From NCBI RefSeq assembly GCF_009914755.1, contig NC_060925.1: DNA of 64,000 nucleotides. One strand, given 5' to 3'. The notes under the pieces are model-generated. The model did no database searches, was not told the DNA's origin, and was given only the letters and a program-made list of their open reading frames with translations. This DNA comes from the human T2T-CHM13v2.0 reference genome, Homo sapiens. The translations under genes were made by a program, and so were the position numbers. Shown here piece after piece: positions 44,973 through 64,000 of this stretch; the stretch's first letter is position 1; every line of letters starts with the position of its first letter.

Positions 44973-45379
44973 CAGTTGGCCCCCTGTCTCTGTGGGTTCT
45001 GCATTTGTAAATTCAACCAACTGCAAATCGAAAATATTTGGGAAAAAAACTCATCTGTACTGAACATGTACAGACTTTTTTCTTGTCGTTATTCCCTAAA
45101 CAATACAGTATAACAACTATTTACATAGCATTTACAGTGTATTAGGTATTATAAGTAATCCAGAGATGATTTAAAGTATACAGGCCTATGGATGTAGGTT
45201 ATATGCAAATACTATGCCATTTTATATCAGGGACTTGAGCACCTTCAGATATTGGTATCTATCGTTTCTCAGCCTTTTGGCAAGACCAAGTGTAGTATCT
45301 GTTCTTATCAGATATTGGTATCTGCAGGCACTCCTGGAACCAATCCCCCCACGGGATATGGGATATGGAGAGACAACTG
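44973..45379. mobile_element. MER2 (TcMar-Tigger) DNA transposon
   Basis: Terminal CAGTTG...CAACTG with a flanking TA; internal tatttacatagcatttac...gtattaggtattataagtaatc. Confidence 0.85.
45261..45311 (+). pseudogene. U2 snRNA 5'-fragment retropseudogene (tailless)
   Basis: ATCGTTTCTCAGCCTTTTGGC-AAGACCAAGTGTAGTATCTGTTCTTATCAG versus U2 nt 1-52 (3 substitutions, 1 deletion); TSD TCAGATATTGGTATCT at 45245-45260 and 45308-45323. Confidence 0.93.
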
Positions 45380-47614
45380 TAACTTGTTTCCATATCTGCT
45401 TATCTCAACCAGAGGACCTTGTACAGTACCAGAACCCAATAGGTCTTTGACTATGAAGAGGCTGAGTACTGTATTCACGGTGGAATGCCTCCCTTTATTT
45501 TTACTTACTTTTTATTTTTACTTTTTACCATTTTAATCAAGTATAACTTACACACAAAAATGCACAAATCTTAAATCTACAGACCAATAAGTTTTTACAT
45601 ATATTTACACCTGTGTAACTACCACCTAGATCAAGCTTCAGAATGCTTCCAGCATCCCAGGCACTGGGGGCTACCTCATTGTGGCAGGGTCATTTGTTAC
45701 TGTGGCTAGAGGAGCTGAGCCAGCAAGGTGCTGTAGTTGGGGAACGCCATTTAGGGAAATTATGGAAGGATTTCAGGTGTTTGGGCTAGAGAAGCAAAAT
45801 CATTAGGGCAAGGTCATTTTGGGTGTGAAGGACTTACATGACAGAGCAATTAGATTTGTTCTGTGTGGGGCCGTGGGGAGCAGTTACAGGGCGAAGCATT
45901 TCAATTTTGCCTAAGACCATTTCTACAACCAGAGCTCATCCACACTGCAAGCAGAGCCCCTAGGAATATGCAAGGTCCCCAGCACTAGAGGTGTCAGTCA
46001 AGAACAGGACTGGCAAGCATTCAAAGGCAGTTATGGGGAGGGGATAGGGGACTCAATTGGAGGCTATTCCTTCCAATTCTGAGCTTCTATGGTTCCTGGA
46101 GTTCTGTGATAGTGGCAGAGAAGACTCAGTCAAAAACTTGTGGTTATGATTTGTTTGGTGTTTTTTCTTTTTTTTTCCCCCAGAGGGTAGCTTTTCAGTT
46201 TATTACAATTACTGTGCAGGCCCCCCATCATCACTATCGAATAAGTACTTGTCATTACCCACAGAGTGATGAGCCAGAGGGACCCTGGGGCTCCCCCTTC
46301 TCTGGGGCTCACTGTCCAAGAAGGGATAGGGCAGATGCAGGGGTGCGGCTATGAGATGGGACCAGTACCTGCAAGAGAAATTGGTTGCCCCACCTCATGC
46401 CAAGTTGTCTTGGGGACACCCGCCCACATACCTCCTCAGTCTTTTCAGCCCTGGTCCCCCTGGTGGGCCAGTGGAAATGATGTCATGGCTCCTGTCATTA
46501 CCAGAAGACCTGGGCAGAGGGGACACCGCAGGGCCTTACTGTTCTGCCTCCAGGGGCCAGATCCTGGCTCCCTTAGGAGCGGGAACACACAGAACCCACC
46601 AGCCAGCCCGAGGCCACCTAATGAAGGGACAGCCTAGGTCAGCTGCAGGCTCCTCGAAGGACACCCAGTCTAGAGAATAATCAACCCCTACTCACTGCCA
46701 GGGATTTATCCATGGAAGAAAGAATTTTCCCCAGAACTCTTTTTAAATTTTTTTTTCTAGGAGATTATTTCAGAATTCCTCCCGGGGTTCCTCCAGGACG
46801 CGGCCCTTCCCTCTCTGCCCTCCTCCAACTAGTTAGAAGGAGAGAGAGAGAGTCAGCATAGACCAGCGTCATCCTCCTCCTTCCCGCACCTGGCCAGGTG
46901 GGGAGGAGGGCCTCATCTCAGGCCCTTCCAGGGAGCTTAGTGTGAGGAAGATGTTGAGTTTCTAGGGTTCTCCTTCTAAAGGGCAATGTGATTAACCTCT
47001 TGGGGTTCTAATGAAAGCCATGCACGAATACTCTCCCAAGGAGAAACATATGTACAACAAGATTTTGCCTTCTGTTCTGGGGGAAAGGGGGGTGCCGTTA
47101 GACCCTCGAAGTCCATCTGTGAAGCGCCTAGGTTTAAAGGGGTCCGGGTTTCCTCCACTGCCACAGCCCGGGTGCGGGGAGAGGGCCCCTAGCCTTATCC
47201 GGAGATACAGGATGTCTCGGGCTCTCCATCTGCCGGGCTCTAAAATGGGCGCTCGGTCCCTGGGGGCTGCATCCGGAGGCTGGGGGGACTGGTCGAGGGA
47301 GAGCGGGCGGGGGGCAGCGCGGCTCCCGGTTGGTCTCCGCAGCCGGGGGAGGGCGAGCATGTGCGCTCGGGTAGGAGGGGGAGGCCGGCGCCTGGCACCG
47401 CACGGGGAAGGCGCGGGAGCGGACGCACTGCCCACCCGCCGCAGAGGCGCCCCCGCCGCCGCCCGGGCCCAAGGGCGGGGCCCCTCGCTGGGGCGGCCCC
47501 TCCCCGCCCCTCCCTCCCCGCCGCGGGCCTCCCCAGCCCGGCCGGCCCTCCCGCGGGCGGCACTCGGGCACCGGGCTCGCCGGGACCAGATCCGCGAGCC
47601 CGTCAGCCTGCGCC

Positions 47615-63532
<15,918 letters not shown>

Positions 63533-63550
63533 GTGAGCCTGCCTCAGAGG

Positions 63551-63564
63551 GCGCCCCCTACTGG
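63551..63564 (-). promoter_or_regulatory. CTCF core motif (reverse)
   Basis: Reverse complement is CCAGTAGGGGGCGC. Confidence 0.65.
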
Positions 63565-64000
63565 GGGACCCTTCACCCCCAGACTCCAGTCTGGGAAAGG
63601 CAAGAGAAAGAGAGGAGCATGAAGGTTTCCTGGAGACTTCTCCTGGAGTACACTTGATTCAAAAATTTAATCTGAAGTCCTAGGGTGACTGTCTCCAGAA
63701 TCAGTCACAGCACGTTGGTACTATGGGCTTCTGTCTTGGCCAATTGTTTTTTATTTTTGTTTTATTTTTGTTAATGCTATAGGTAGGGGCCTAACTGGTC
63801 TGTTGTCAAGGACAGGCTACCTGCATTTTTTAAAGGGGTGGTGCCCTATTCCCCAATTAGAGGTCATGCTATATAAACAGGGTACTTTGCTTCCTGGAAT
63901 ACATTACAAACCTGGGTGTCTCGAGCCAGTGTTGTAAACAAGCTTCAGGTGGAATTTAGGCCCAGCTGTTCATGCCACTAGTGACCTCTGTTACATTAGT

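Overview
Primate (human-like) genomic DNA, recognisable as the 1q32.1 CDK18-MFSD4A interval. Bases 1544-~11190 carry all 15 coding exons of CDK18/PCTAIRE3 (+ strand; 1425-nt CDS, 474 aa; an alternative donor adds 30 aa) and its 3'UTR. The first, non-coding exon lies upstream of the window. A repeat-dense intergenic region (~11.2-47 kb) contains about 30 Alus, MIR/L2/CR1 relics, an L1MA ORF2 fragment, a HAL1-like element, MSTA and MER4 LTRs, MER5/MER2 DNA transposons and a tailless U2 snRNA retrocopy. A CpG-island promoter and the first 5 coding exons of MFSD4A follow (+ strand; the gene continues past the window). Observations the gene models do not explain: (1) an Alu carrying a ~90-bp inverted copy of an orphan NRF1/Sp1 promoter-like element 1 kb away; (2) a rare SVA2-type VNTR retroposon nested in the next-but-one Alu; (3) the long CDK18 isoform's splice donor is the B-box region of a MIR, with a CTCF motif between the competing donors; (4) four strong CTCF motifs in boundary/convergent layout; (5) an IFNB-enhanceosome-like IRF/NF-kB module in a CDK18 intron; (6) an Alu-tail minisatellite holding seven POU octamers; (7) a pure (GAA)29 tract. 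I found no evidence for a new protein-coding system. Repeat subfamily calls are by eye and boundaries are approximate.
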